Positions 45,666 to 55,756 of a stretch of 60,596 nt of DNA are shown in pieces. Both the position numbers and the translations under genes were made by a program. The notes under the pieces are model-generated. The model saw only the letters and a list, made by a program, of their open reading frames with translations. It made no database searches and was not told the DNA's origin. Source of the DNA: Candidatus Limnocylindrus sp. (lineage in GTDB: Bacteria > Chloroflexota > Limnocylindria > Limnocylindrales > Limnocylindraceae); the NCBI GenBank assembly GCA_044236365.1, contig JBIIGQ010000001.1, positions 1 to 60,596 on the forward strand. Reading direction: 5' to 3'. Numbering within the stretch: the first letter of the stretch is position 1; the number at the start of each line of letters is the position of its first letter.

Positions 45666-46955
45666 TTACCTCTCTGCTGCTGCAGCGGCGCGATTGTCAA
45701 ACTTCGCCGCAGATTCAATCGTAGGGTAGCGCCAGATTCGGGCATAGCTAAAGATCACGATCGGGATCACCGTCTGTAGAACGGCCCCCACGATGAGGGC
45801 GGCTGGGCGACCGAAGGCGTTGCCGAGCAGACCGCCCAGCACGAAGCCAAAGGTGGTGCCGAAGCCCCAGGCGAGGGTGCGATTGATCGACATCACCCGG
45901 CCAAGGAGTCGGTCGGGCACCGCCTGTTGGCGATAGGAGGTGACGGGCACGATGTAGACGAGCAAGAAAAACCCGCCGATGAAGAAGTTGGCGATCGCGA
46001 AGAGTGGGGACAAGTCACGCGGCACGAATGCTGCAGCGGGGAGCAAAAACTCGTTGAGACCGAAGAGGCCGGTGCCGATGATCAGGAGCTTGCCAAATCC
46101 CACACGCTTTACCAAGTACGGCGCGCTGATGCTGCCAAGGAATCCACCGAGGAACCCAACCGAGGCAACTGCGCCGATGAGTGCCGGCTCAAAGCCGAGG
46201 TCGATGCGCTGAAAGATGATCGCCTGGCCGATCATGATGCCGTACGCAATGTTGCCATTCACCCCTTCAAGGGTGATGAGTCGCAGGTTCGGTCGAACCC
46301 AGAGTGCGTGCATCCCTTCCTTGAGGTCATGCACGAGTGAGTTGCGCTTTTTGGGTGACGGCGGCTCCGGCGTGCGAATGGCGCGCAGGCTCACGTAGCT
46401 AATTGCGAATGTAACTGCGTCCACCACCATCACAAACGGGGCACTAAAGATGCCGATCAGCGCGCCCGCCAACCCTGGCCCGACAAGGCCTGCACCCTCG
46501 CCCATGATTGCCATACGTGCGTTGAGCTTGAGCAACGTAACGCCGCTGGCGAGTCGCGGAATGTACGCCGGCCACGCCACGTTAAAGAAGACCGTGGCCG
46601 CACCGAGTCCGACCTGCATAACAATGAGGAGCGGTAGCGTGAGCACATTGAGTACGTACGCAACTGGAATCGTGAGGAGCAACACCACGCGCGCCAGATC
46701 CGCTGCGAGTAGGTAGGCGCGGCGAGACGAACGATCTACCCAGACACCAGCCTGTAAGCCAACGAAGAGATACGCAAGCGTCGAAGCTGCGCCAAGAAAG
46801 CCTGTGCCGAGTGAGTCGGCGCCGAGCAGGTCAACCGCCATGATTGGCAGTGCTAGCTGTGTGATCGAGTCGCCAATCAGCGAAACACCTTGGCCAACGG
46901 TAACGAGGCGCAGGTCGCGTGGGTTGTTCTTAGTGATCGTTGTGGTGCGCGCCAT
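45666..46955 (-). CDS. MFS transporter
   Basis: 429 aa with about 12 hydrophobic helices. Start abuts the S8 protease stop. Confidence 0.8.
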   Translation of the reverse strand: MARTTTITKNNPRDLRLVTVGQGVSLIGDSITQLALPIMAVDLLGADSLGTGFLGAASTLAYLFVGLQAGVWVDRSSRRAYLLAADLARVVLLLTIPVAYVLNVLTLPLLIVMQVGLGAATVFFNVAWPAYIPRLASGVTLLKLNARMAIMGEGAGLVGPGLAGALIGIFSAPFVMVVDAVTFAISYVSLRAIRTPEPPSPKKRNSLVHDLKEGMHALWVRPNLRLITLEGVNGNIAYGIMIGQAIIFQRIDLGFEPALIGAVASVGFLGGFLGSISAPYLVKRVGFGKLLIIGTGLFGLNEFLLPAAAFVPRDLSPLFAIANFFIGGFFLLVYIVPVTSYRQQAVPDRLLGRVMSINRTLAWGFGTTFGFVLGGLLGNAFGRPAALIVGAVLQTVIPIVIFSYARIWRYPTIESAAKFDNRAAAAAER

Positions 46956-49900
46956 TTACTTGGCGGAGATTCTAATGAGGTTCGAGTCGCGGCGACCGCG
47001 CTCGCTCCCATATTGGTACATGGTGACGCGCAAGAAGGCGTACTTGCCAACAATCTTGCTGGAGACCTTGAGGTTCACCGATGTTGCGCCGCTGATCACG
47101 CTGCACCTTGTTCGCTGTGCAGTGGTGCAGCTGTACCACTGGTACTTGTAGTTCGGCGTTGGGCTACCCACCCAGGTGCCGCGCGTGCCGTACACAATCT
47201 TCCCGGCCTGTCGAATGCGCGGGATGACCGTGACCCGCGCTGGGACGAAGACGGTAACGCTGATCGTTGTGTACGCCATTTCGTACAACGCGTTGCCGTC
47301 CTTAACACCTCGGACGATGCACGTGCCAACCTTAAGGTAACGAATGTTCCTCCCGATGACGGTGCAGATCGTTGGTGTAACGCTTGTTGCAATGAACGGC
47401 GCAGAGGAGCTACCGCCACCATATGCGTAACTACGTGTGCTGTTGACGACGTGGGCGCTGGAGCCTGCATCAAGGATGAGCGGTGCTTGCGTACCCCTGA
47501 ACACCTCAAATGTTCGGATCACCGAATCGGCCGCGCGATAGGTGCTCGTGCCCTCTTGCTCTGCGCGAATGGTGCAGGTACCTGGTTTAAGGAGGTGGAG
47601 CTCAAAGCCGGTGCCGTTAAAGCGCGGCTCGCACACGCTGCTCGAAAGGCCTGAGTAGTTGAGTGGCAGGTTGGCACTACTGTGGCTCGGCAGAGCCTGC
47701 GGAACGGTTGGGTCAAAGGTGCGATCGGCCAGAGCTTCAAGCTCGATCGTTTGGCTCCCCTGCACGATGGTGAAGCTGCGCTCGATTGAGGAGGCGCGCT
47801 CGTAGATAGCGTTGCCCGCCTGGGTGGCGCGCACGGTGCAGGTGCCGACGTTCAGCAGGCGCAAGCGCCACGCATTGACAAGACCATCGGGGGCCAACGC
47901 CTCACAAATGGTCGGCGTGCTGATCTCGTAGCTCACGGGTAGACCTGAGCTGGCCGTGGCGGTAAGTGTTGGTGGAGTGGTGCCGAACGGGACATCAGTT
48001 TCTGTGAGCAGCGGGCCGGTGCCGAAGTTAATCAGTGCTTGCGTACCCCTGAACACCTCAAATGTTCGGATCACCGAATCGGCCGCGCGATAGGTGCTCG
48101 TGCCCTCTTGCTCTGCGCGAATGGTGCAGGTACCTGGTTTAAGGAGGTGGAGCTCAAAGCCGGTGCCGTTAAAGCGCGGCTCGCACACGCTGCTCGAAAG
48201 GCCTGAGTAGTTGAGTGGCAGGTTGGCACTACTGTGGCTCGGCAGAGCCTGCGGAACGGTTGGGTCAAAGGTGCGATCGGCCAGAGCTTCAAGCTCGATC
48301 GTTTGGCTCCCCTGCACGATGGTGAAGCTGCGCTCGATTGAGGAGGCGCGCTCGTAGATAGCGTTGCCCGCCTGGGTGGCGCGCACGGTGCAGGTGCCGA
48401 CGTTCAGCAGGCGCAAGCGCCACGCATTGACAAGACCATCGGGGGCCAACGCCTCACAAATGGTCGGCGTGCTGATCTCGTAGCTCACGGGTAGACCTGA
48501 GCTGGCCGTGGCGGTAAGTGTTGGTGGAGTGGTGCCGAACGGGACATCAGTTTCTGTGAGCAGCGGGCCGGTGCCGAAGTTAACTGATTGCGGTGTGCCG
48601 ATGATCGTTACGTGGAACGTTGCACTTGCTGCGATGTGATCGGCAGTAGTGGGCGTTGTGGCGTTAAGGGTGCAGGTACCTGTTTGAGCCGCGCTCAATG
48701 TTTCTCCACTGAGTGTGCAATTCGCGGCACTTGCGCTGGCCACGGCGAGCGTGACGACCCCAGCCAGATCACTCGCGGCAGAAACGGTTGCGCTCTCGCC
48801 AACGGCGAGTCGCTCTGGCGCAGTAATGGTCAGGGTCGGTTGCGCCATGTTGAGCGCACCGACCGCATCCAATAGCCCTGCGCCGCATTGACGCTGGCTT
48901 CCCGTTGGGGTTTCGCTTGTTGTGACACAGGGCCGAAGCGAGTCGGCTGGGAATGGCCGAGCCCCCGCGTAGATTGCCGCTTCAATCTCGTTTGGCCCCC
49001 ACGTTGGGTGAAGACTTGCAACAAGGGCTGCAACGCCAGCAACGTGCGGTGCCGCCATGCTCGTGCCGTGATAGTTCGCATAGCCGTAGCCGGTGAGTGT
49101 TGTTGTCCCTGTGGCAATCGTGGAGAGAACCCCAGAATCGCGTGGCATATCGCCACCCGGTGCGGCGATATCAACGCCGGCTCCATGATTTGAGTAGCCT
49201 GCCCGACCCCCCACGCGACCAATGGCCGCAACCGTCACCGTATCATTGCAATTTGCTGGGATCGCCAGCGCTACGTCCGCGCCTAGATTTCCCGCCGCAA
49301 CAACAATTACTGCTCCCGCAGCGCGCGCCTGTGTGATGGATGTCTGCAGCCTCTCATAGCATGGAATGCCATAGCCGCCGAGAGATAGGTTGATGATGTC
49401 GGCTGGGTGCGAGTTGTTTGGCAGACCGAATGCACTCCAGAGCCGACCATCCCAACTCGTGGTAAGCCCGGACGCCCAACGAATTCCGTCAATGATGTCG
49501 TCAAACGTTCCGCCACCATGCCCTAGTACGCGCACGTGAAGAATAGAGACGTTCGGAGCTACGCCGCTAATGCCGATGTCGTTTTGTGCCGCACCAATAG
49601 TTCCAGCGACATGGGTGCCATGCCATGAGGATCGTGTCAAGTATGTTTTGCCATTCTCATCCGTGTAGCTTGTCCAATCGCCTTCATCCGTTGGGTCTGT
49701 GTCGCGGCCGGGATTATCATCGCCGGCGGTAGCACTGTTTTCGATCATGTCCACGCCCCAGCCCTCTGGTGTGTTGGTGATCAGATCGGGGTGATTGACT
49801 TGACCGGTATCAAGAACGGCAACAACAACTCCGGCACCCGTAGTCGTGCCCCATGCAGCCGCAGCGTTCGCCGCACCCTCTTTGCCGGTTGTCGGTACGT

Positions 49901-50237
49901 GCATGTCCCACTGCGATGCGAAATACGGGTCGATTGGATCAATCGTCGGGAACGCGCGAATGTCGGGAATGACACCGACGACACCGGGTGCCTGCTCCCA
50001 CGCGGCGAGTGCGGTCTCTGCATCTTGTCCGGGCTTTAGGTCGATCTGGCGAGTTTTGCCGTCGTCGCTCATGGCGGTGCCGACGGTGGTGTTGTAGGCG
50101 AAGCGAACGGTGAGTGAGTCGAATGGTTCAGGTGCTACTGGTGCAGCTGCTGTCACCGCGCGTGCGGGTGCTGGTGCTGCGATGGCGCCGAAGATAAAAA
50201 GAGCCGCCATCACGGCGGCAGGTAGGCGGTGCAACAT
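46956..50237 (-). CDS. secreted S8 (subtilisin-family) serine peptidase with long Ig-like repeat C-terminal region
   Basis: Catalytic triad contexts VAVLDTG, HGTHVAGTIGA and GTSMAAPHVAG. Signal peptide from the Met at 50237; the ORF track start at 50447 would overlap the upstream gene. Confidence 0.85.
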   Translation of the reverse strand: MLHRLPAAVMAALFIFGAIAAPAPARAVTAAAPVAPEPFDSLTVRFAYNTTVGTAMSDDGKTRQIDLKPGQDAETALAAWEQAPGVVGVIPDIRAFPTIDPIDPYFASQWDMHVPTTGKEGAANAAAAWGTTTGAGVVVAVLDTGQVNHPDLITNTPEGWGVDMIENSATAGDDNPGRDTDPTDEGDWTSYTDENGKTYLTRSSWHGTHVAGTIGAAQNDIGISGVAPNVSILHVRVLGHGGGTFDDIIDGIRWASGLTTSWDGRLWSAFGLPNNSHPADIINLSLGGYGIPCYERLQTSITQARAAGAVIVVAAGNLGADVALAIPANCNDTVTVAAIGRVGGRAGYSNHGAGVDIAAPGGDMPRDSGVLSTIATGTTTLTGYGYANYHGTSMAAPHVAGVAALVASLHPTWGPNEIEAAIYAGARPFPADSLRPCVTTSETPTGSQRQCGAGLLDAVGALNMAQPTLTITAPERLAVGESATVSAASDLAGVVTLAVASASAANCTLSGETLSAAQTGTCTLNATTPTTADHIAASATFHVTIIGTPQSVNFGTGPLLTETDVPFGTTPPTLTATASSGLPVSYEISTPTICEALAPDGLVNAWRLRLLNVGTCTVRATQAGNAIYERASSIERSFTIVQGSQTIELEALADRTFDPTVPQALPSHSSANLPLNYSGLSSSVCEPRFNGTGFELHLLKPGTCTIRAEQEGTSTYRAADSVIRTFEVFRGTQALINFGTGPLLTETDVPFGTTPPTLTATASSGLPVSYEISTPTICEALAPDGLVNAWRLRLLNVGTCTVRATQAGNAIYERASSIERSFTIVQGSQTIELEALADRTFDPTVPQALPSHSSANLPLNYSGLSSSVCEPRFNGTGFELHLLKPGTCTIRAEQEGTSTYRAADSVIRTFEVFRGTQAPLILDAGSSAHVVNSTRSYAYGGGSSSAPFIATSVTPTICTVIGRNIRYLKVGTCIVRGVKDGNALYEMAYTTISVTVFVPARVTVIPRIRQAGKIVYGTRGTWVGSPTPNYKYQWYSCTTAQRTRCSVISGATSVNLKVSSKIVGKYAFLRVTMYQYGSERGRRDSNLIRISAK
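47483..48583 (-). repeat. tandem duplication, 2 x 552 bp, apparently identical copies, inside the S8 protease gene
   Basis: 47483-48031 matches 48035-48583 at a 552-nt offset. The translated 184-aa units are identical, and the shadow ORFs 47519..47740 and 48071..48292 are identical. Confidence 0.9.
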
Positions 50238-50242
50238 GGTGG

Positions 50243-50569
50243 CTATTCGCCGATCGTGGCCCAGATAAAGCCCATCATCACGAAGAATCCCGAGAAGAGG
50301 GCGACGAGACCGACCGCGCCATATGGTGATTCGGCGGTCTTGTCGGTGAAGGTGCCAAGCAGCAGGCCGAAGCCAATCGCCCACACAAGCCAGGCGACTC
50401 CCCAGAGCACCTTGCTGTTGGGCCCGGTCACGAAGCGGCGAACCCACGGGGTTTCGCGCTGCTCAGAGCTCATGGCAGCCTTCTGGAAGATGTACACGAA
50501 GCCGCCACCGATCGCCAGCGAGATAAAGAACTCGGCTGGGTGGGCGAACGGGAGCGTGAACATATCCAT
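50243..50569 (-). CDS. hypothetical small membrane protein
   Basis: 108 aa with three hydrophobic helices. Confidence 0.55.
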   Translation of the reverse strand: MDMFTLPFAHPAEFFISLAIGGGFVYIFQKAAMSSEQRETPWVRRFVTGPNSKVLWGVAWLVWAIGFGLLLGTFTDKTAESPYGAVGLVALFSGFFVMMGFIWATIGE

Positions 50570-50609
50570 GCCCCAATCATAGCGGGCGGAACTCTGGCAC
50601 GATCAGGGC

Positions 50610-51284
50610 ATGTTGAGTTGGCTGGACGAAGTCCTGATCCCCCTAATCACGAGCATGTACGAGGCGGTCGGCTACCTCGGCGTGGCGATCGCCATGGCCG
50701 TGGACGCCTCGAGCTTCCCCGTGCCGAGCGAGTTCATCCTCCCCTTCGCGGGCTTCCTGGTGGCCGACCCCACGGCGGTCGAGCCACTGACCGGGGGGCG
50801 CTGGCTCCTGCTCCCCACCATTGCCGCCGCCACCCTGGGCGGCCTGGTCGGCACCTGGGGCGCCTACGCCATTGGCGCCTACGGCGGTCGACCGCTGCTG
50901 AACCGCTTCGGCCGCATCGTGCGCATCGACCCTGCCGACCTCGACCGCGCCGACGCCTTCTTCGCGCGACACGGTGGCAAGATCGTCTTCTGGAGTCGCT
51001 TTATTCCCCTGCTTCGCACCGCCATCTCGTTCCCCGCTGGCATCGCCCGCATGCCACTCGGCCGCTTCCTTCTCTATAGCGCCGTTGGTTCACTTATCTG
51101 GAACAGCGCGCTCATTGGCGGCGGTGCTGCGCTCGGCCAGAACTGGGAGCAGGTGAAGGAGTGGCTGAAGCCGCTCGACACGCTGCTACTGATCGTTGGC
51201 GTTCCTGCGCTGCTGTTGCTTGGCGCGTGGCGACTCGGGCTCCTCGCCCGGCTGCGTGGCGCTCGCCGCGATCGTCGCGGGTAG
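50610..51284 (+). CDS. DedA-family membrane protein
   Basis: 224 aa with the SSFPVPSEFILPFAGFL and RFIPLLRT motifs of the DedA/VTT domain. Confidence 0.85.
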   Translation: MLSWLDEVLIPLITSMYEAVGYLGVAIAMAVDASSFPVPSEFILPFAGFLVADPTAVEPLTGGRWLLLPTIAAATLGGLVGTWGAYAIGAYGGRPLLNRFGRIVRIDPADLDRADAFFARHGGKIVFWSRFIPLLRTAISFPAGIARMPLGRFLLYSAVGSLIWNSALIGGGAALGQNWEQVKEWLKPLDTLLLIVGVPALLLLGAWRLGLLARLRGARRDRRG

Positions 51285-51290
51285 GGCCTT

Positions 51291-52040
51291 ATGAAGATTG
51301 CGGTCCTTAGCGACATTCACGCCAACCTTGCTGCGCTGCAGGCGGTGCTCGCCGACATCGATGCCGTCGCCCCAGATGCAGCCATTTGGCACACCGGCGA
51401 TATCGTTGGCTACAACGCCGAACCGAACGAGGTCGTTGCGCTGTTGCGCGAGCGTGGTGCCGCTGGCGTGATGGGGAATCACGACGCCGCAGTGCTCGGC
51501 GAGCTTGATGTTTCGTGGTTTAACCCAGAGGCTGCCGCTGCGGTGAAGTGGACGGCTACCCACCTCACTCCTGAGAACGCCACGTGGCTACATGCACTGC
51601 CGAAGATCAGCGAGGTGGGTGCTGCGACGCTGGTGCATGCCAGCCTGCTCAAGCCACTTGAGGAGTACGTGATTGATGCAGAGAGTGCGCGTGAGAATTT
51701 GTTCGCGCTCTCCACGCCGGTGCTCTTTCATGGCCACACGCACGTTCCCGCCTATTGGGCGCTCCGCGGCGGCCAGTCAAGCGTGATTGATATTGATGGG
51801 CGCGCGCAACCGCTCCTCTCACCGTCACTGATCAACGTTGGCTCCGTTGGGCAGCCGCGCGATGGCGATGTGCGTGCAAGTTGGGTGCTCTGGGATCGCA
51901 GCGACGACGGTTCGGCGATCGGTGCGCTCGGCACGGTGCAGTGGCGACGAGTCCCCTATGACGTTGCGCGAACACAGTCGGGGGTGCGTGCGGCAGGTCT
52001 GCCAGAGTTTCTCGCCGAACGCTTGGCAGCGGGACACTGA
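51291..52040 (+). CDS. metallophosphoesterase (YfcE/MJ0936-like)
   Basis: MKIAVLSDIHAN, GDIVGY, GNHD and GHTH motifs. Confidence 0.8.
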   Translation: MKIAVLSDIHANLAALQAVLADIDAVAPDAAIWHTGDIVGYNAEPNEVVALLRERGAAGVMGNHDAAVLGELDVSWFNPEAAAAVKWTATHLTPENATWLHALPKISEVGAATLVHASLLKPLEEYVIDAESARENLFALSTPVLFHGHTHVPAYWALRGGQSSVIDIDGRAQPLLSPSLINVGSVGQPRDGDVRASWVLWDRSDDGSAIGALGTVQWRRVPYDVARTQSGVRAAGLPEFLAERLAAGH

Positions 52041-52042
52041 TC

Positions 52043-54358
52043 GTGGCTGCACGACGAATGCCACCATTCGAACGACTCGGTGTCTTCATGTATGCGCATC
52101 GACGCGCGGTGATCGGTGTCTGGCTGGGCATCTTGCTTCTTGCGCTGCCGTTTGCACCACAAGCACCAGGTGCGCTGCAGGCGGGTGGATTCGACCTACC
52201 AACGCTGGAATCGGCACGCGCACGTACGTTGCTTGAACAAGAGCTTGGCGCACCACCTTCGGCGCTCGTGCTGGCGATCTCTTCGGACACCATGCTTCCT
52301 GGATCCATCGAGTTTGAAACGGCAGCGGCGCGCGCGGTTGCAGGCGTTGCAGGTGCGCCACATGTTGTGGGGATTCGCTCGCATCTGATCGCGCCAACAC
52401 AGGTGAGCGTTGAGAACGGCATTGTCTATGACGTTGTCTTCTTAGACCTGAAGCCTGATGACTCACCGGAGGCGCTTGGAGGCGTTGCAGCGGCACTCGT
52501 TCCTGTTGACGGACTCACCGTGCAGATCGCTGGTGGCCCCGCCTTCTACGCCGACATTCAAAGTGTTTCGGAGAGTGACCTGCGTCGCAGCGAGTTGATC
52601 AGCTTGCCGCTCGCCGCGATTGTGTTGCTCTTGGTGTTCGGCTCTGCGATTGCGGCGGGGCTGCCACTCGCCGTTGGTGGGGCGGCGGTACTGATTGCAC
52701 TCGCCGCGATCTTTGGTGTGGCGCAGGTGACGCGCATGAGCGTCTTCGTGTTGAACCTCACCACACTGCTCGGCCTCGGTCTTGGCGTTGATTACTCGTT
52801 GCTGATGGTGTCGCGATTCCGCGAAGAGCTTGGTCGTGGCAGTGCAAAACGCGCCGATCGTGTGGCAACGGCGGTGCAGCGCACGGTGGCGACCGCCGGT
52901 CGTGCCGTCTTCTTTAGTGGCGTCACGGTGATGCTCGGCCTTGTGGGCCTGGTGCTCTTCGAATTTGCGATCCTTCGCTCTATTGGTATCGCTGGCGCCA
53001 TCACCGTGGCACTCGCCGTGATCGCCAGCCTCACCCTCCTCCCCGCCCTGCTGGGCGTGCTCGGAGCACGGGTGGACCGCTTCGCCGTGCGCAAGGTGAC
53101 CTACGAGGAGCCGAGTGAGCAGGGTCGCTGGGCACGCCTCGCCCGTGGCGTCATGCGCCGCCCCCTCGCCGTTGCCATACCAACCCTGGTGCTCTTGGTC
53201 GCGCTCGGATCACCGTGGCTCGGCGTGAAGTTCAATGCGCCAGACGGCAGCATCCTGCCTGAGCGCGTACCGAGCCGCCAGGCACTCGACGCACTCACTA
53301 GCTCATTCGGCGAGGGTGAGTTTGCACCGATGACCGTTGCGGTGCGCACCACCGGTGATGCAACTGCGCCAGAAAACATCGCGCTCCTCTTTGATTGGGT
53401 GCGTGCACTCGAAGCTGACCCGCGCGTGGCACGCGTCGACTCCATCGTCTCTATTGATGAGCGCATCACGCTCGCGCAGTACCAGTTGCTCTACGACTCA
53501 CCAACAGGTGCGCCGCCCGACCGCTACGTGCAGCAGCTGCTCTCGGTCACCACAAAGGGTGATCTCACCGCCGTCACCATTACGCCAGCGCAAGGGCCGA
53601 ATCGCCCCGACACGCGCGCACTTGTTGCCGAGCTGCGCGCCGCAACGCCGGGCGCCGTTGGTGCAGGTGAGGTAACCGCGCTGACGCCGCCGGCTGGGCT
53701 CACAACGCTCACTGGTGGTGGTGCGGCCGAGATCGTTGATGTCGTTGACACGATCTCTTCAGAGTTCCCGCGCAGCGCACTCGTAGTGATTCTCGCCACG
53801 CTAATCATTCTCGCCGTGCTGTTGCGCTCAATTGTTCTGCCGATCAAGGCGGTCTTCATGAACACCATCTCTATTCTGGCGAGCTTCGGCGCGCTGGTCT
53901 GGATCTTCCAAGATGGGAACCTCTCTGCGCTGCTCGGCTTTGCGCCACTCGGGTTTGTTGAAACAACGATTCCAGTGATTCTGTTCTGCGTGCTCTTCGG
54001 CCTCTCGATGGATTACGAGGTGTTCTTGCTGACGCGCATGCGCGAGATCTACGACCGCACTGGTGACAACGCCGCCGCCGTTGCTGGCGGGCTAGAGCGC
54101 AGTGGGCGCATCGTCACGAGTGCTGCGCTCATTGTTGTGGTGGTTGCCGGTTCGTTTGTCTTCGCTGAAATTGTTCTGATCAAGGCGCTCGGCGTTGGCG
54201 TGGCCATTGCAGTGGCGCTTGATGCAACGATCGTTCGCGCGCTACTGGTGCCGGCAACGATGCGACTCCTTGGCGACAAGAACTGGTGGGCGCCGAAGTG
54301 GATGGAGCGGCTCCTTGAGGGCCGCATCGCCACCGAAGCAGAGGCGGAGCGACGATGA
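52043..54358 (+). CDS. MMPL-family (RND superfamily) transporter
   Basis: 771 aa arranged as two blocks, each a periplasmic loop followed by 5-6 helices. GTG start 2 nt after the upstream stop. Confidence 0.85.
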   Translation: MAARRMPPFERLGVFMYAHRRAVIGVWLGILLLALPFAPQAPGALQAGGFDLPTLESARARTLLEQELGAPPSALVLAISSDTMLPGSIEFETAAARAVAGVAGAPHVVGIRSHLIAPTQVSVENGIVYDVVFLDLKPDDSPEALGGVAAALVPVDGLTVQIAGGPAFYADIQSVSESDLRRSELISLPLAAIVLLLVFGSAIAAGLPLAVGGAAVLIALAAIFGVAQVTRMSVFVLNLTTLLGLGLGVDYSLLMVSRFREELGRGSAKRADRVATAVQRTVATAGRAVFFSGVTVMLGLVGLVLFEFAILRSIGIAGAITVALAVIASLTLLPALLGVLGARVDRFAVRKVTYEEPSEQGRWARLARGVMRRPLAVAIPTLVLLVALGSPWLGVKFNAPDGSILPERVPSRQALDALTSSFGEGEFAPMTVAVRTTGDATAPENIALLFDWVRALEADPRVARVDSIVSIDERITLAQYQLLYDSPTGAPPDRYVQQLLSVTTKGDLTAVTITPAQGPNRPDTRALVAELRAATPGAVGAGEVTALTPPAGLTTLTGGGAAEIVDVVDTISSEFPRSALVVILATLIILAVLLRSIVLPIKAVFMNTISILASFGALVWIFQDGNLSALLGFAPLGFVETTIPVILFCVLFGLSMDYEVFLLTRMREIYDRTGDNAAAVAGGLERSGRIVTSAALIVVVVAGSFVFAEIVLIKALGVGVAIAVALDATIVRALLVPATMRLLGDKNWWAPKWMERLLEGRIATEAEAERR

Positions 54359-55494
54359 TGCGACGCTCGCTTCTTTTATTGATGAGCGCGGTTCTTGCCG
54401 CTGCATGTTCCGGTCCAATCTTGGCGAACTCACCAGCACCAACTGGTGCGCCGTATGAGAAGCCAACGCCGCGGCCGAGCGCCGTTGATCCGATTGCGAT
54501 TGAGCTGCCACGCGACGATGCACCACACGATCGACTAACTGAGTGGTGGTACGTGACCGGCCACTTGGCAACGCTCGATGGCGCGCGTGAGTTTGGCTAC
54601 GAAGCGGTGGTCTTCCGTGCACAGCGAGGAGAGTTCCCCGTTGCGTGGGCATCACACATTGCCATCACCGAGAAGCCGCGCGGTGGTCGCGCCGGTTCGT
54701 TCACCTATGACCAGCGTGCCGAGATCGGTCCGCAGGTAAACATTGCACCGGTGATGTCGCGCGCGGTGAGCGCCGCGTTTGCGATTACTGGTGCAAATCC
54801 ACTAGATCCTTCAACGCTCGGACGCGATCCATGGGTGATGCTCATGCTCCCCGATGGCGGCATGGAGATTGGCGGCAACGGTTTGATGTTGCAGCTTGCC
54901 GCTGGTCGCGCTCCCGTGCTGCACGACACCGATGGCTGGGTCGGCTTCGCCGATGCCGGTGGTTCGTACTACTACTCACGCACGCGCATGCCAACGACTG
55001 GCACGCTGGCGATTGGCGGCGAAACGCTCGCCGTTACGGGGAGCTCCTGGTTTGATCATCAGTGGGGTGACTTCATTGCGATCGGTAGTGGTGGGTGGGA
55101 TTGGTTCGCGTTGAACCTCAGCGACGGCAGTGACCTGATGCTCTCGTTCGTGCGCGCGAAGGATGGGAGCTTCCCACTCGTGTACGGCACCTGGATTGGA
55201 GCCAACGGCGTGGTGCAGCACATCAAAGGCGACCAGATCAACCTGACCGCGCTCGGGAGCTGGACCAGCCCACGCACCGGGGCGACCTGGCCCTCAGGGT
55301 GGCGGGTGCAGATCGGGCAGATTGACCTCGATGTGACGGTCACCCCCGAGTTGGCCGATCAGGAGCTGAATACGGTGGAGAGCACTGGGGTCATCTACTG
55401 GGAGGGGGCGAACGCGGTGGCGGGGACCCTGGGCGGGCGCCCGATCACGGGGCGCTCCTATGTTGAGCTCACGGGGTACGCGACCCTTCGCTAG
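54355..55494 (+). CDS. AttH/CrtC-like lipocalin-fold lipoprotein
   Basis: Lipobox LAAACSG and the LPRDDAPHDRLTEWWYVTGHL motif. 4-nt overlap with the MMPL gene. Confidence 0.7.
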   Translation: MMRRSLLLLMSAVLAAACSGPILANSPAPTGAPYEKPTPRPSAVDPIAIELPRDDAPHDRLTEWWYVTGHLATLDGAREFGYEAVVFRAQRGEFPVAWASHIAITEKPRGGRAGSFTYDQRAEIGPQVNIAPVMSRAVSAAFAITGANPLDPSTLGRDPWVMLMLPDGGMEIGGNGLMLQLAAGRAPVLHDTDGWVGFADAGGSYYYSRTRMPTTGTLAIGGETLAVTGSSWFDHQWGDFIAIGSGGWDWFALNLSDGSDLMLSFVRAKDGSFPLVYGTWIGANGVVQHIKGDQINLTALGSWTSPRTGATWPSGWRVQIGQIDLDVTVTPELADQELNTVESTGVIYWEGANAVAGTLGGRPITGRSYVELTGYATLR

Positions 55495-55515
55495 CTCTCC
55501 CGCTAGAATCGGCGC

Positions 55516-55740
55516 ATGACAGAGAACGGCTCCCAGCCAGTCGCCCCGAAGGTCGCCCCGCGCGACCGCGGCGCCCGTCGCTTCGTGACCTTCACCTACC
55601 TGGTGATTGGTGGCGTGATCGCCTATGCGCTGATCTCTGGCCCCGACGGTTTCGCCGCTTCGGTAAACGAGTTCCTCACCGCCACCCCAACCCCGTCCGC
55701 CTCGCCGAGCGCCTCACCGTCGACCAGCGCAACCCCGTAA
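55516..55740 (+). CDS. small membrane protein with Ser/Pro/Thr-rich tail
   Basis: 74 aa with one hydrophobic helix. Weak evidence. Confidence 0.4.
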   Translation: MTENGSQPVAPKVAPRDRGARRFVTFTYLVIGGVIAYALISGPDGFAASVNEFLTATPTPSASPSASPSTSATP

Positions 55741-55756
55741 CGACGGGCCGCGGCGC

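Noticed and set aside
47519-48292. Two identical 73-aa ORFs (47519..47740 and 48071..48292)
   Set aside because: They are out-of-frame shadows of the 552-bp tandem duplication inside the S8 protease gene, not a duplicated small gene. They are useful only as evidence that the copies are identical.
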